Assembly (NCBI GenBank): GCA_964016885.1
Contig: OZ024749.1
Span: 47,244,001 to 47,308,000, forward strand
DNA: 64,000 nt
Reading direction: 5' to 3'
From: Eledone cirrhosa
Taxonomy: Eukaryota
Shown: in pieces, positions 28,876-44,536 of the stretch
Layout of the letters: each line of letters begins with the position of its first letter
Numbering within the stretch: position 1 is the first letter of the stretch
Position numbers and translations under genes: made by a program
The notes under the pieces: generated by a model
The model's input: the letters and a program-made list of their open reading frames with translations, nothing else
The model's database searches: none
Told to the model about the DNA's origin: nothing

Positions 28876-30145
28876 TATATGTGTGCGGGTGTGGGTGTAT
28901 GTGTATGCGTGTGCATGCGCGTGCGTTTGTGTGCCTCTGTGTGTGTGTGACTGTGTGTTTCTGCATTTGCAAGTGACCTCACTTGCACATTGCTGGCATT
29001 CACACAATCTTATTGATAATGTCCATGCATACGATTTTAATTAATGCGTTTGCTTAACAGTATCAGGTTTTCCAATAAACAACGTCTAGAATGTTGTTTA
29101 ATTGAAAAGTGTGATACATGACTCAATTAATTAAATCTCGTTTTGTAAAGCAAATATACTTTCTATTTCTTTTCCTTCTCTAGCAACGGAATTATCCGAC
29201 ACGATGCAAGTTTTGATGGAAGCAACACATTACGTCAAACAAGACATATTTTGTTTTTATATTTGCTTTTCCTTTTTAAACGTGTAGTGTTTATATAGAA
29301 ATAATAGTTTGATACATGTTCAAGCAATCTTCGACGGTAGTACAAAGCTTCTAAAATATATACTAGAAGAGAGCACGTGCCCTGGCGATCAGGTTTGCGT
29401 TGGACTATTGTGGGTTTTCTCCAGGGGTGACACTCAACATTTCCTCGGTATTAGGGAATTGCTTATGTACGTTCGAGTTTTATTCGTTTTATGTTTTTAA
29501 TTATTTCTGTTATCCTTCTTTTTACACTCTCACTCTCACACTGAATCGTTCCTCACCCTCTTACATTTTAATTAAAATCAGCCTTGTGTTACTTATGATA
29601 AAAACATTATATATAAATATAATGAAATTTGAGGATTATTTTAACACTTGAAACTTATCTGCTGCTGCATAATATGGTATAGGCCGGCTTCTATGAATTA
29701 TTAAAGCAATTTTATGAGGAGATGGTAAATATTATGTTGAGTAATTCAAAATGTATGAAATATATATAGACAGGCAGAAATTAAAAAACATATATTAGAT
29801 TGGTATCTAGATTTCCCCGCTCACACAATTTGAATTTACTATCATTTATTTCTGGCATTTAAAAATGAATATATTTCCTAATTTAAATACATAATCACTT
29901 TCACTCATTCAGCTTTTATAACATGATATATTTTCGTTCATGATACGGATAAATTTTACACATTGAAGTGATACATACATCTACAAACGCATAAATACAC
30001 ACGCAAGCGCAAATAGATACAGACACACATACACACGCATGCACACAGACATACAAACACACATGTAGACACACACACACGCATGCACACACGCATATAC
30101 ACACACATGTAGACGCACACACACACGCATACATACAGACACACT

Positions 30146-30184
<39 letters not shown>

Positions 30185-30605
30185 GGAAAAAATGAAACGA
30201 AATTTCATTTCCCACTCTTAGTACGGCTGTTACTTAAATATAAGTATTACACGTACATACATATATGTATACATACGTACAGTAGTATGTATATATATAT
30301 ATGCATACATGCACACACATATATATACACATATACGTATGGATTCACCGAACATTTATTATAATGCTCGCTGTGTGTTTGTAAACAAACATCCCGTATT
30401 AAGCCATAGTGTCTAGCAACCATCGTTACTCGTTTGTTCAACACTGACAAAGAACGCTGTACTAGTTTCAAGCTTATTAGCTATCGTCATATATATATAT
30501 ATATATTTGCATGTATATGTACACATATATATATATATGTGCATGTATGTATATATATATGCATACTACTGCATCTGTATACATATATGTATGTACGTGT
30601 ACATA

Positions 30606-30696
<91 letters not shown>

Positions 30697-30697
<1 letters not shown>

Positions 30698-30953
30698 TAG
30701 ATTTTGAGTTTATGTTGGTTGTATACCAACACCTCAGTATGCAGGCTGGAGCACTCGACGAAGTGCGCAGGTTGGTTTGGTTACTCCGGAGTAGTGTAAA
30801 ATAAAGTTAAATAAAAGTCAAATGATTAAAATTTAGCTTCGTTTATTACTGCTATATATATTTCAGTGACAGCCATCTGACAGGCTGTCACTGAAATATA
30901 TATAGCAGTAATAAACGAAGCTAAATTTTAATCATTTGACTTTTATTTAACTT

Positions 30954-30960
<7 letters not shown>
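30697..30960 (-). mobile_element. pLTR fragment with perfect 78-bp fold-back centred on HHR stem II
   Basis: Arms 30797-30874 / 30883-30960, 8-nt loop; each arm carries GAAATATATATAGCAGTAATAAA, the same HHR 3' half as 12506-12561. Confidence 0.88.
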
Positions 30961-31004
<44 letters not shown>

Positions 31005-31242
31005 AATACATCTCCAGATGATCCCGTTAAGGGTGAAATCAGCGATTATTTTCGTAAACATTAAACTGTTCTTATAATATATATATATATATAGATATAT
31101 ATATATATAGTTATGTAATAAACAACATAAGGCAATTATATAATTTACTAGTGGTTTCTTAAAAGCAAAAAAATGTTGCTTTCAATCATCATAATGAGAA
31201 AATCCTTGTGTATTTATTGACGTTGGCTTATATATATATATA

Positions 31243-31477
<235 letters not shown>

Positions 31478-32102
31478 ACAGCGAAAATAATATTTGACTC
31501 ATTCTAACAGAAACTATTTAATTTTTTTTGAAATGTACTTAAAGGCATGGTTATATTTATATTTTGGTTTTATGTTTGCATGTTTGTTTTCATGTATACA
31601 AATTCGGACACGAATTCGACTGATAGAATATGGTAATACGAGATGTTATGTATATATACGTATGAAGGAGAGAGAATATCTCACATGCACATATATTTAA
31701 GTCTATAGACATTAAAATAATTCATATCACTTCCTCAACACACTTTTATGATTTCTGTACTAGCTTCATGTATACAACCAAGCATCAAGATAATTAACGT
31801 TAAATAGTCTTCGGGGATTTCACGGAAGTTTATCAGTTTCTTCATTATCGTCAATATTTATTTTTATATTGTTTTGAAAACATTTTTATTCCTAAATATT
31901 TCTCTAAGAGATAGACGTATTTTGTTATGAAGCCTTGAGGAAGAGTTCTATAATTAAAGATTATGGTATGTATATTTACACAGTCACAGACATATATATT
32001 TATATACACATACACATACACACACACATACACACACAACAACACCCATGCACACCTATACACACACACGTATATACATATATATATATATATAAATATA
32101 TA

Positions 32103-32146
<44 letters not shown>

Positions 32147-32276
32147 CAATCACATATAAACACACATACATACACACATACATACACACACACATGTATA
32201 CATATATATATATATATAGCGATAGATAAGGAGGGAGAGAGATAAAAAGAAATTGTGGGGAGAAAGTTTGAGAGGG

Positions 32277-32317
<41 letters not shown>

Positions 32318-32353
32318 TAGAGAGGGGGGAGAGGGAGAGAGAGAGAGAGAAAG

Positions 32354-32412
<59 letters not shown>

Positions 32413-32780
32413 GACTAAATAGAAACTGAAACCGGTTTCGAAAACGAAATATGGCTTTGCACATTCTAGATTTGAACAGTTAACAGAACGTGGAAACCAT
32501 TGTATCAGATATATAGAGACAACGAGGATATCTCACTTTATATGCCTACATGTGCACCCAAACATGAAACTCATAAGCAACCCTGTGCTGATATATTTAA
32601 AATATAATTGTTTGACTTGATAGGGATGGGGGAGTTATTATAGACATACGCACATGCATTATGTCTACATATACATTATATGAATTGAATATTCTTGCTC
32701 TGGAGTTTCACCTACCTCTCATAATTTTACCAGAAATGGTGAAATAACTGGTGTGAAACTACCTATATATATTATATATT

Positions 32781-33260
32781 TATTAAAATAACAGATTAAA
32801 GTTTAAGCAAAGAATCGCTGCTTTCACCCTTAACGGGATCTTCTGAAACTAACAAAGTCAAACTGTAAACGCATAACTGGATATTTCAAAAAACGTTGCA
32901 ACCGGAGGAAGACAGGAAGACGATACTTTGGTTCGTGGTAACGTTCGCTGGCAAAGAACGGGAAAAAACGAATAATACGTCATTAATAGGAGCGGTGAAA
33001 AACAATTACGCGCAAAGACAAAACCACGTTTATGGTATAAAAGAGGTCGTAGACTAATGTTCTCTTAGGTGGTGCATAGAGACGTTCTCTGGCAATGAAC
33101 GAAAAAACGAAGATAATAAGTCATATGTGGAGCGTGGAGAACAATAGCACGTAACTTTAATCTGTTATTTTAATATATATTTGCTCTACGGTTCTTATAT
33201 ATTTGATATATATTTTCCTTATCGAGCCCTCTTTGGATTTTAGTCTTCAATGTTATTATT
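32781..33260. mobile_element. Family D insert in TA, with 23-bp inverted repeat and internal ~70-bp direct repeat
   Basis: IR 32781-32803 / 33153-33175; DR 32941-33012 / 33083-33151; homologous to 44105-44300 and 31005-31078. Confidence 0.75.
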
Positions 33261-33429
33261 ATTATTATATATATTATATATATATATATATTTATATATG
33301 TGTATATATATATATATATTTAATAATGTGTTTTACAATAGATTAGAAACACTCAGCAGTAGAGGTTTTCCGGAGTTATTAATTGTAATTTAAAATATTA
33401 ACAAAATAGATATACTTTTGATCAAGTAT

Positions 33430-33494
33430 ATTTTATTATACATATTTCAGAGGTACTGAGTTAAGTTCAACAGTATGTCCTCATTAGATAAAAT
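33430..33494 (-). ncRNA. Type I hammerhead with mutated core (CUAAUGA)
   Basis: Minus strand: ATTTTAT CTAATGA GGACATACTG..CAGTACCTCT GAAA TATGTA T A ATAAAAT; 7-bp stem I; G5-to-A change is expected to inactivate. Confidence 0.75.
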
Positions 33495-35406
33495 AATATG
33501 ATGCATGACATACCCTGACATAGTAGATGGTTAAGATTCAGTCATGGTAGTGACTAATATATGACAAAACTCAATATTTATACCTTAATATTGAGAACAT
33601 GAGTAACATATATAATACACACTATAGAGATGGTGCGTGTAATACAGCTTAAACAATAGATGGCATCAATATAACAGTTAAAACATTTAAATTACTGAAG
33701 AAAGGGGAAAGAAAGGAAAGCATAGATGAAGAAACAGCTGATGGGATAATATAGTTAGTAGGTGCCTCGAAAGACAAATGACTGACGATTAAAGAGAGAG
33801 AGAGAAACAAAGGGGAATAATGTATGTTCAAGTTTATAAACAATTATCCATATATGCAATATATATCTAAACTTATTTGGTTGACCGTTAATATTCAAAA
33901 TATTTAATTTAAGTAAGTTCGGAATAATGAGTAATATTTCATGTTTTAAAAGTTAATAGGTATCTGTATTAATATTATAGTATAATATCAAGTTTAATTT
34001 CTAAAATTCAAATGTTATGAAATCAAATTTAAAGGATTTACGAAACACGAGAAAGAAAATAAATAATGTTTGTATAACTTCACGAAGGTAAACTTTGCCA
34101 AAATTAATTATAATATTGACAACATTTTATATAATATAATTTATAAAAATAATTATAGTTATAGTTATTAAATAATTTATGATTAACAATTTGAGTGCCT
34201 AACGGATCAACATGCCTTATAATTAAACTTGAAGAAGTCTGAATTTTAAATTATATATATGTGTTAATCAAAGTATACACAAGTATTATCATGTCTAAAG
34301 GATTAAGGTAATACCCTTCAAATGTATATAACATAATACAATAATACAATATAGTAAATACGTTACTGAAAATATTGTTAAAAAAATATTGTTAAAAATT
34401 AATGTTTTATATCAAATATTGTAAAATGTTCATTGAGTTGATATATATTATACATGTATAAGTCAAAATTACATGAGCACTAAGGATAAGGGCTAGATAT
34501 AAAATAAATATAAAAATAAAAAGTGAGAAATAATGATACGTTTGCAAAACCTAAAAATGCCCAATATAAAAAATATAGTTTAAAATGTAATAGTGTTTTA
34601 ATATATAGTAGACAAAAGATACTTCTAAAATATCCAGCGAATGTGATAGAAAGAGGAGCAAAATACTTGAAAAAGCCGAAGGTAATCTAAATTTAATTAA
34701 AATAAAGTAATTATATTAAATTAAGTAAATAATCATTATATAATTTCGAAGATCTAGGGAATATCTAACACTTATAAAATTAGAGAGTCATTTGAGTATC
34801 TAAATTATTTATAAATGTAACTACGAGTATGTTATTACACTAGATAAACATATTTGTACAACTATATAGAGTGAGTATTATAGGTATTAATGAAACGATA
34901 TACATTTAATAAATAAATAATTATGATCATTATTAGTAATGCTATAATTGTAGTTTTACCTCCAGTTCAGTGGAGAGAGAGACCAATATTGTTCGACTAG
35001 TATGGTTTGTTATAGTTATACCTAGATATATATATAAATATATAAGTGCAAATCTAACATTCTGAGTCCTCAAAACATACCCAAAATGATTAAAATATGC
35101 AAATGCATGAATGATCTACAGTTAAATTATAACCGGTAACTTTACAAGTTAAATATCCAAATTATATATTTAAAACAGAGACAGATAAACAAAGATCCGA
35201 ATCTAAATTATAAATATCTAAAATAATCCTAAGGTGTGCATATTTATCATATAAACATGTTACCAGATAATATGTTTATATACCTAAACAGGATCCTTCA
35301 TTGTAACATTAATTCTATCATAAATGATTAGAAAATAAAGCATTATTAAAGTTGTATAAACTGTAATGACTTTTTTGGTCCAACAGTTGATAAGAAACGT
35401 CAAAGA

Positions 35407-35766
35407 TTACACCCTGTTTGTTTTGTGTTTTTTCCTGACCTTTTGCGAGGCTTGGAATGTAGACAAAGCTTTATGAAGGCAGTTTGAGAATTCACTTTTT
35501 TTGTTAATTAAGGGTTTATAATTAGTAATTATCAATAGGTTCTCCTTTGTGCAGAGGTTGCAGTTAGTATATATTCCTGCATTTAAAAGATTTTCGAAAT
35601 AATTGGTGTTTGTTTTTATTTTAGCTTCTTTATTATCGAAATGAAATGCGCGCGATCTCACTCTTCTTATAAAATAGTTTGTTTGTTCTATTAGTTTCCC
35701 CATGTATTTTTCATTAGATGATATAAGTATATCCTTGAGAGATGTCGGGAAGGTAAAGAATTCCAT
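35407..35766 (-). pseudogene. Internally deleted PLE ORF (N-terminus fused to GIY-YIG C-terminus)
   Basis: SLKDI..SNEKYMGKLIEQTNYFIRRVRSRAFHF resembles the PLE N-terminal SLKNIP..Y..KLI...FIRRMRWKA motif; CNLCTKENLLII..LINKKSEFSNCLHK resembles the C-terminal CNLC.EK..II..LNKRSE...CRH motif (both by recall). Confidence 0.7.
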
Positions 35767-36379
35767 AATTTATTAAATATGCAATCTATTGTAGAGAAAA
35801 GCGCTCAGCCTGGGGGATCTATATATATTTAAAAGTTAAACAAGGTTCAATGAATACATCTCATACTTCTCGCCTCCTTCACCACCTCTTCTACGGCTTC
35901 GATATAAGTACCCCCTCCGCCTCCGTGGTATTTTCTTCGGGGTTATAAGAGGCTTAGCTCTGTTTCTCGACCGTTATATCGCGTGACTATCTCCCCCTCC
36001 GCCTTTTGGGATTCTTTCTCACGTCGTGTAAACGCGTTCTTGAAGCTAGTAAAATGAGGTATCCTCTTGATAAGTCGGCAGACCTCGCAAGGACTCTATA
36101 TCTTTATAATGTATTGTTTTTGTTTATGCCACGAAACTACGTAGTCGAGGAATCTAGGAGCAGTTTAGGTATGATACATGTTATTACTAATTATATCTAA
36201 ATGTTTCTTCTCTCTTCATAATGTATTTTTAACTCTGATACTGGTTCAGTCTAATTCAACCGGATTGGTCTGTCCCAGTCATTCATTGAGCATCATGGGT
36301 AGGGTTGGCACCATTAACTCACGGTTGGGTGTGGGTGCATTCATGTATATGTATGTGTCCGCATGTATCTGTGTGTTTC

Positions 36380-36471
<92 letters not shown>

Positions 36472-36493
36472 CACATATATACATATATATATA

Positions 36494-36553
<60 letters not shown>

Positions 36554-36573
36554 CACATATATACATATATATA

Positions 36574-36666
<93 letters not shown>

Positions 36667-36708
36667 ATGTGTGTGTGTGTGCGGGTATATGTGTGTGTGT
36701 GTGTATGC

Positions 36709-36771
<63 letters not shown>

Positions 36772-38675
36772 TATACATATACGTATATATAGTGGCTGAA
36801 AGATAGGGTAAAATTTCATATAATCGAAGATTATGACATATATTTAAAAGTGAAAATCACTGGGCTATTTTTACTGATTGTCAACTTATTAATCCGACAA
36901 AATAAATAAGTTTATATTTGTTACACAAAATAGATTGAAGTTTAATTTTCAAATATGAACTGCTTTGGTCTGTATGTCAATCGTATCAAGTACGAACATA
37001 TATTACTTGTCTTATGGAGTAAAAGGAAGGAGAACGATGAGGTACACTGAAAATTGTTAGAAACATGACAATGCAGAATTCTTGTTATGTTGCTATATCC
37101 TCACTGGGCCTTTGCGTATGTATAAATATGCGTGCATGTTTGTAAATACATATGTGTTTCTGTAACTCGCAGCATATATTTCGTTTAACATTTGAAATAT
37201 TTAAAGGATTTTGATTAATTATTTGAGGAATTAATTTTCTAATCAATGTATTTGTGTCTTACTATAAAAAAGTGGTTTGTTTAAAGCAATTACCTTCAGA
37301 ATAAATATCTACAACTCCATTACATTTTCAGCTGTAATATTTTTAACAAGAATCGCATGACATCAATATATTATTTATAAATATATGATTTCCCATCAAA
37401 TCCTAAATATCAGGATATACTTGAAAAATTCAATTATAATCATAATCTCCTCAGATATCAGTGAAAAAATGAAAATTGCTACGTAGTATATATTTAAGTA
37501 AAAAAGCAATTCAATTTATATTGAAGTAATTGCAAATTCAGTTTGAGTATGTTTATGAACGCCGTACTCGATGATAGAAATAGAAATATATTCAAAAACC
37601 GATTTTCAAGTTTGCAAGTTCAAATGTATTAAATATTATAGCTAGATATATATCAGATAAATAATATCAGCAACACGTTGTTTAGTAACAGGTAACTAGC
37701 AGATGTTTCGGTGTTACTGCATTCGGCATCTATACATACGTTCATAGAAATATGTTTCAATAGGTGCAGGATTTCCTTCACAACCATCACAGTACATAAC
37801 GCAACAAAGCGAAAGTTTCTCTTTTTTAAATGGATTCGAAATAATTATTATTTCAAAATATATACATATATGTAAATGTGTCAGTAGCGCTGAGTAAACT
37901 CTGTCGACAGATTTGTTTCAGAATGTGACTTGGAATTGATTTTAAAAGATATACATTTCTCCTACAAATATACGAAATAGTATAATAATAATTTGTGAAC
38001 GTCGTTCGCTTATTGGTTACATATATGAACATGTAGGACAAACTCAATGCTAAAATATTTGAGCTCGTAGCATAGACGTCATTAAATATTCTAGCAAACC
38101 ACAGATTTGCTTCTCCAATACATGTCTCGTTAAACTATTATCCTATTTACGTGAATAGCGTAAATGATATATTTGGGCGATTGATGAACATTTATATTTT
38201 TAGATGGAATATTATAAATGTGCGTGCATGGATTCAGATACATGGTGAACATTTAAATCAAAGTTACTCCATGAAAACATTTATTTATTTCGAATATATA
38301 TTAATATATATTATTTATTCTTCAACATATAAAACATTATTGCTAAACAGAATATCATTTTCATTTCAACTTTCCAAAGGACGCGCTATTCCTCAGAAAT
38401 AAAAGCATAATCTACAGGAAAACGTTATAAATTCAATACGGAATATACCCGTTCATTACTTATATTTTATTAATGTGTCCGGGTATTGACTTGTTAACAA
38501 AATAGCCTGGCTTCCATCATGTACGACCAATCTGACTTATATGGAAAATATTTCCTTTACGGCAAACATCCACCCATGCTAATCTCTACCTTGAAACATA
38601 TCATCATTGATGTTTCAAAAAAACATATATATATATATATGTGTGTGTGTGTGCGTGTGTGTGCATATGTGTGTG

Positions 38676-38710
<35 letters not shown>

Positions 38711-38716
38711 GTAAAT

Positions 38717-38811
<95 letters not shown>

Positions 38812-38995
38812 GACATACACGAGAGTGTTTGTCTGATCGTATATAACTGTATTATTGAAATCACAAACTTCGGTACTATAAAGTCCAGACAGTAAAATCT
38901 GGTTATCTTGAAACATAATTCGATATAATGCTTTTAGTTGATTAACATTTTGGAAGCATGTGAACAGATTGTTCTACGTTATTCTGTGCATTTGG

Positions 38996-39396
<401 letters not shown>

Positions 39397-39401
39397 TATA
39401 T

Positions 39402-39450
<49 letters not shown>

Positions 39451-39507
39451 CGCATATATATATATATATAGTTGTATATATATATATATATATATATAGG
39501 CATATTC

Positions 39508-39608
<101 letters not shown>

Positions 39609-41664
39609 GGGGGCCGGAGTTCTAGATATCACATAGAAAGTGATATAGGTAAGAAGGTTAAAACAATGAAAAATCAGGGTAAGATAAAGGCAACTAAAAA
39701 GTTAGTTTCCTGATAATCCTTTTATTTACGTTTTCCGTCGTCCTAATATTTCGGTACTTAAAACACCCTTAGTCAGAAAACTATTAATTTATTGTATTAT
39801 ACCGAAATGTTAAATAGCAGGTGTTAATCTTACGAATAATTTACTGCATGTTTTCAAACGAAAATATACTCATATCTAGATTATTAATATGCATAGCCTC
39901 CAACGAATCTATGTATGATCCCCTCAGGTAAAACAGAAATTAGATTCGAAATTTTCGTTTTCTATTTGTATGATTTCCCTCGAAAATTATGAAAGAAACA
40001 TACAACTGGCATCCTCTGTTTGGAGTAGTAATTCGGCTATAAAGTGAAATAAACATGGAACAGCAGTTTCTTTGAGACTGCTGTTGCCCGTTTAACAATA
40101 ATTGCCTGGGCTATTCTCCTATTGCGCCCATGGTGGACTTCACAGATACGTCAAATAAATGCAGGATTTAAATAAATATAGTCATGTCCTATACATTCCA
40201 CGGCAATGTTAACGCACAACAGTTTTGGTTATGGAAGCCAGTCAATATAAAGTAAACTGCATCCTGTAATACCTTTATGAATTGCTGTGAAAGCACTTCA
40301 ATTCCCAAGCCATGTGATGTTTAACAATAAATCATATACTAAGTTATTTCTTATTCATTTAGCGAGATTGTATTTAATGAGAATTTGGTTACAGAAAATT
40401 GGATTATATTCACTCTATTACCATATAAATATGGTTTTATTTATCATATTACAAGCAAATAGTAAGGTATAATACGATAGATTCTTGTACATAAAATGTT
40501 ATTCTCCATCGTTATGATTTAAGACATATGCATTCATATGAAATGGATTAATTTAACTAAAATTAATGAAACGCATAATCTATAAAATCCATTAAAGCAA
40601 ATACAATAAAAAACCAATGGAAGACATTCAAAACATAACCAACTGTAGATCATCAAATGTGTTACACAAACCTATACGAACATCTTTATTTTGTGGTGCA
40701 TTAATATTTGAGATGCACTGACATGAAATACTGTGCATGTTGGTGTGGTTAAGCTTGTCATTCGAAACAAATTACTTTACCTTCTAATTTTCTCCTAGGT
40801 ATAGGAATTGTGATAGAAATTAGTTACAATCATAATATGAGGAAAATTCCGGGGTTTGCATGAAGTTGGAAAATGCAATGTTTACTACGTTGTCTTGTTA
40901 TATTAATCATTTCAATGCAGAAATATTTCAATGTAGGTTATTCAATTATATAAATTCCTATTGATACACATATATTGAAATATTGTGGCATTGGTAGGTA
41001 TTAATATTCATCTATTAAGTAAAAGGTTTGTGTATACACACCTCACTGCTTTCGAGATTTAACCCTATATAACTTTCGTTTTATTTTGTATGGCTAAATA
41101 ACAAAACCAGATTTAATCAATATATACTATATAAGCATATTATATACAAAGCGAAAATGTGAACTCTTAAATGGTCTCTAAAATATATATTCGTATAAAA
41201 CTCAAAGTGTATGGTCTGACTGAATAGTTAGAAAAAATATACTTTGTCTCTTTTCTGACAAGTAAATACTTATGCAAATATTTTGTGTGAATTCAAAAGG
41301 AAACTGTTTGAAAAATTGATAGAAATGAAAGAAAAAAAAAAACAGAAATCAAGCGAATACTTTAGATAAAATATTTGCAAAATTACTTTTCACGTAGTTT
41401 ATATATGTTCTCTTATATTGTTGTTTGTATATTTTGTCTTCATTTCTTTTCCTTCTGGTGAATTTAATTTATTATATTTTTGAATAAAAATGCGTCTGAC
41501 ATTTTGTATATTTTTACATCCATTTTGCAATTTATATTCGTGGCGAGATAGTGCTATCTTATGATTACTACTTATTGATACTCAATCATTACTCTGAATG
41601 TGTTCAATATACAAACATTAATAATAATGCCGTTAATAATAATAATCAAATCATTAATAATGCC

Positions 41665-41697
<33 letters not shown>

Positions 41698-42090
41698 GGT
41701 GGATTAACAGAATACGTTTAGCGCCGGGGAAAGTGATTTGCATCATTCACTTTCGGCCATTTAGGTTTTTAGTTAAATCACCCTCAGGTTAGCTTTGCCT
41801 TCATCTTTATAGGGTCGATAAAGTAAAGTATCAATAGCGTACTGGGATCGATATAATGGACACTACCTTCCAACAAATTTGTTGGCGTAAATAAATCACA
41901 TGTCATTGTAGGTGGATTGGCAGTTTCGGTAGAATGTGGGACAACATGATTTCTGGCATATAGTTGCGCCATGATTTTCCGTTGATAAACAGTTCCTGAA
42001 TTATCTATGACTTACACAAGGTCGATAAAACAAAGTGCTCTTAATGCACTAGGATCGATTTAATTGCCTTTTGCTTTCCATTGAAATTGC
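41698..42090 (+). mobile_element. Two old tandem SINE copies
   Basis: GGTGGATT heads at about 41698 and 41911; GGGTCGATAA..AGTA cores; preceded by (ATT)n. Confidence 0.7.
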
Positions 42091-43805
42091 TCCTCTGGAT
42101 AATCTATCGATATATCGACCAATTTCAGGAAGAGATATTTTAGGGCCTGTAGTTTTAGTAACATCCGGTCTTCATATCCATGCGGTCATCTGACAAACAT
42201 CTGCAAATAACGTCTTATCGTCAGAGTATGTATGTAGATTCAGAGTCTGTATGTCCTCATACAGATACCGATAGTAGAGAAATGAAAGTGAAACCTAATT
42301 CTTTGTTTGGTACCCGAGTGGAATGAAACAGATTACAACAAATGCATTTCATCCGACACATTACCAATTCTGCAATTCCATCATATATTCATCCTTGGAT
42401 AGGGGACAGACATTTCTTTTTGGGATTGTTGACACAGTTAGAACAATATTTAACTTATTCTATAAAAATGATCTGTGTTTATAACCATGACCTTTACACG
42501 ATTTAGTACATAAGTGTGAACTTCAGAAATACACATTATTAGGTTCAATAGACAGGTTTGCTTTAGATAAGTATATTGAAACACGATTATACCTATTTTT
42601 TGCTTTCATGAAGAAACGGAACAAATGATTTTATGTCAACTGCATTCTGCTATTGCAATGAATAAGTATTTATGTATCTGAGATTTTAGCCAGGCATTAG
42701 ATTAGTTAAATGCGATACATGCCGATGTTTGTGTAAATCGTTTGATTGTGTGGAATACTACACAAGCGGTATAGACAATATTTATTGTATAAGAATATTA
42801 CAGACATCATTAACGAAACGATGTTTTGTGTTTTCCATTTCACTAAACCGAATATTCATAACTTAATGAGTTTTCGTAACTATACTATTAAAATCGATAT
42901 TTCTAGAAATGTCTATGAGGAAGGAGTATAATTAAACTTACGAACTTTATAGATATAAATATAGAAACAAAAATACGTACACCACCTGATTTCCTGTAAT
43001 ATCCTATCTAAATATTATATGTAATACATTTTTTTTCACATTACTAATTTATAAGAAAACACAGGTTACCATACATATAAGTTTAAAAAATTATGACCAC
43101 GAACTAGATGGCTCTCAATATGTTACGGATGATAACTTTTCAACGAGCATGTGTACATGATTGGTGTAACTATAATTAGATTATGCAGGATTATAAAAGT
43201 TGCTATTTTCAGGAAGGGTTTTGCGTATGATCTTTCCTATAATTGAGCAGAAACATCTACATCTAACATCCACCAATTTAATGCATAGGCATTATGATAC
43301 GTGTTACGTTATGTAGTGTTTATAATGTTAAGGCCATCAGTTTTTAAACTGGAAACATTTAAGTAGACATTTAAACGGAGTTGACTCACCTTCAATGCTC
43401 GACGAACTAACATTATTTTTAAAATGGTGTATTTATCTAAAAAGGAAAACAAAATATATCAGCTGCCACAGTATGAATCACATTGATTACGTTATGTGCC
43501 CTGTGATATATGTACATTCAATATTCTAAATTTGGCATGGTGTATTCATATTGCAAGTATGTATCCAGTTGGAAAAATAAGTTGCCAACACATATAAATA
43601 GGAGAGTGCATAGCATGAAAAAAATATCCACTTCAGTGAGTCATACCATGTACTATATCATTATCGTGGTAATGGGGATACATTTCGTTTTTTGGAGTGT
43701 GTTAGATGTGTATAAATCTATGGGTGGTTTGTAAGTGCGTCACCCAATAACGTTTGAGGTCAGGGTTTTGAAAGACTATAACCTGCACGCAAACACCCAC
43801 GCACA

Positions 43806-43841
<36 letters not shown>

Positions 43842-43878
43842 CGCACGTTCATACACCCGCACACCTACGCATATAGAA

Positions 43879-43928
<50 letters not shown>

Positions 43929-44104
43929 CTGTTTGTTAATCTGGAGAGGTACCCCGGGTTCAATCGGGGGTAACCAAACTAAGTAACGTTGACAATACAT
44001 ACCAGATTATAAATACCTACCATAGAAATGGCTTCTACAGGACTGTTTGATTCGAAGGAAATCACACACACACACCACACACACACACACACATATATAT
44101 ATAT

Positions 44105-44300
44105 TTATTAAAAAAAAACAGATTAAAGTTTAAGCAAATAATCGCTGCTTCCACCCTTAACGAGATCTTCTGAAACTAACAAAGTCAATCTGTAAACGCA
44201 GAAATGGATATATCAAAAAACGTTGCTCTATGGTTGTTATATATTTCATATATATTTATCCTTATCGAGCCCTCTTTGGATTTTAGTCTTCAAATTCATT
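44105..44300. mobile_element. Family D insert, internally deleted version
   Basis: Matches 32781-32899 and then 33181-33255, joined at TTGC microhomology. Confidence 0.8.
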
Positions 44301-44396
44301 ATTATTACTATTATATATATTACTATTATATATATATATTCGAAAAAAAGGATGCGTTTTTAGAAGAATTAGATTCCTCGTGTGTCTAAATATAGT

Positions 44397-44536
44397 AATT
44401 GTTTCTACTTTAGGCACAAGGCCAGCAATTACCCAGTGCATTACTGGTACTTTATTTTATCGACCCCGTAAGGATGAAAGGCAAAGTCAACCTCGGCGGG
44501 ATTTGAACTCAGATCGTAAAGGGACGTAACTATGCT
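44397..44536 (-). mobile_element. SINE, 5'-truncated
   Basis: Near-perfect consensus; TSD TAGTAAT. Confidence 0.93.
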
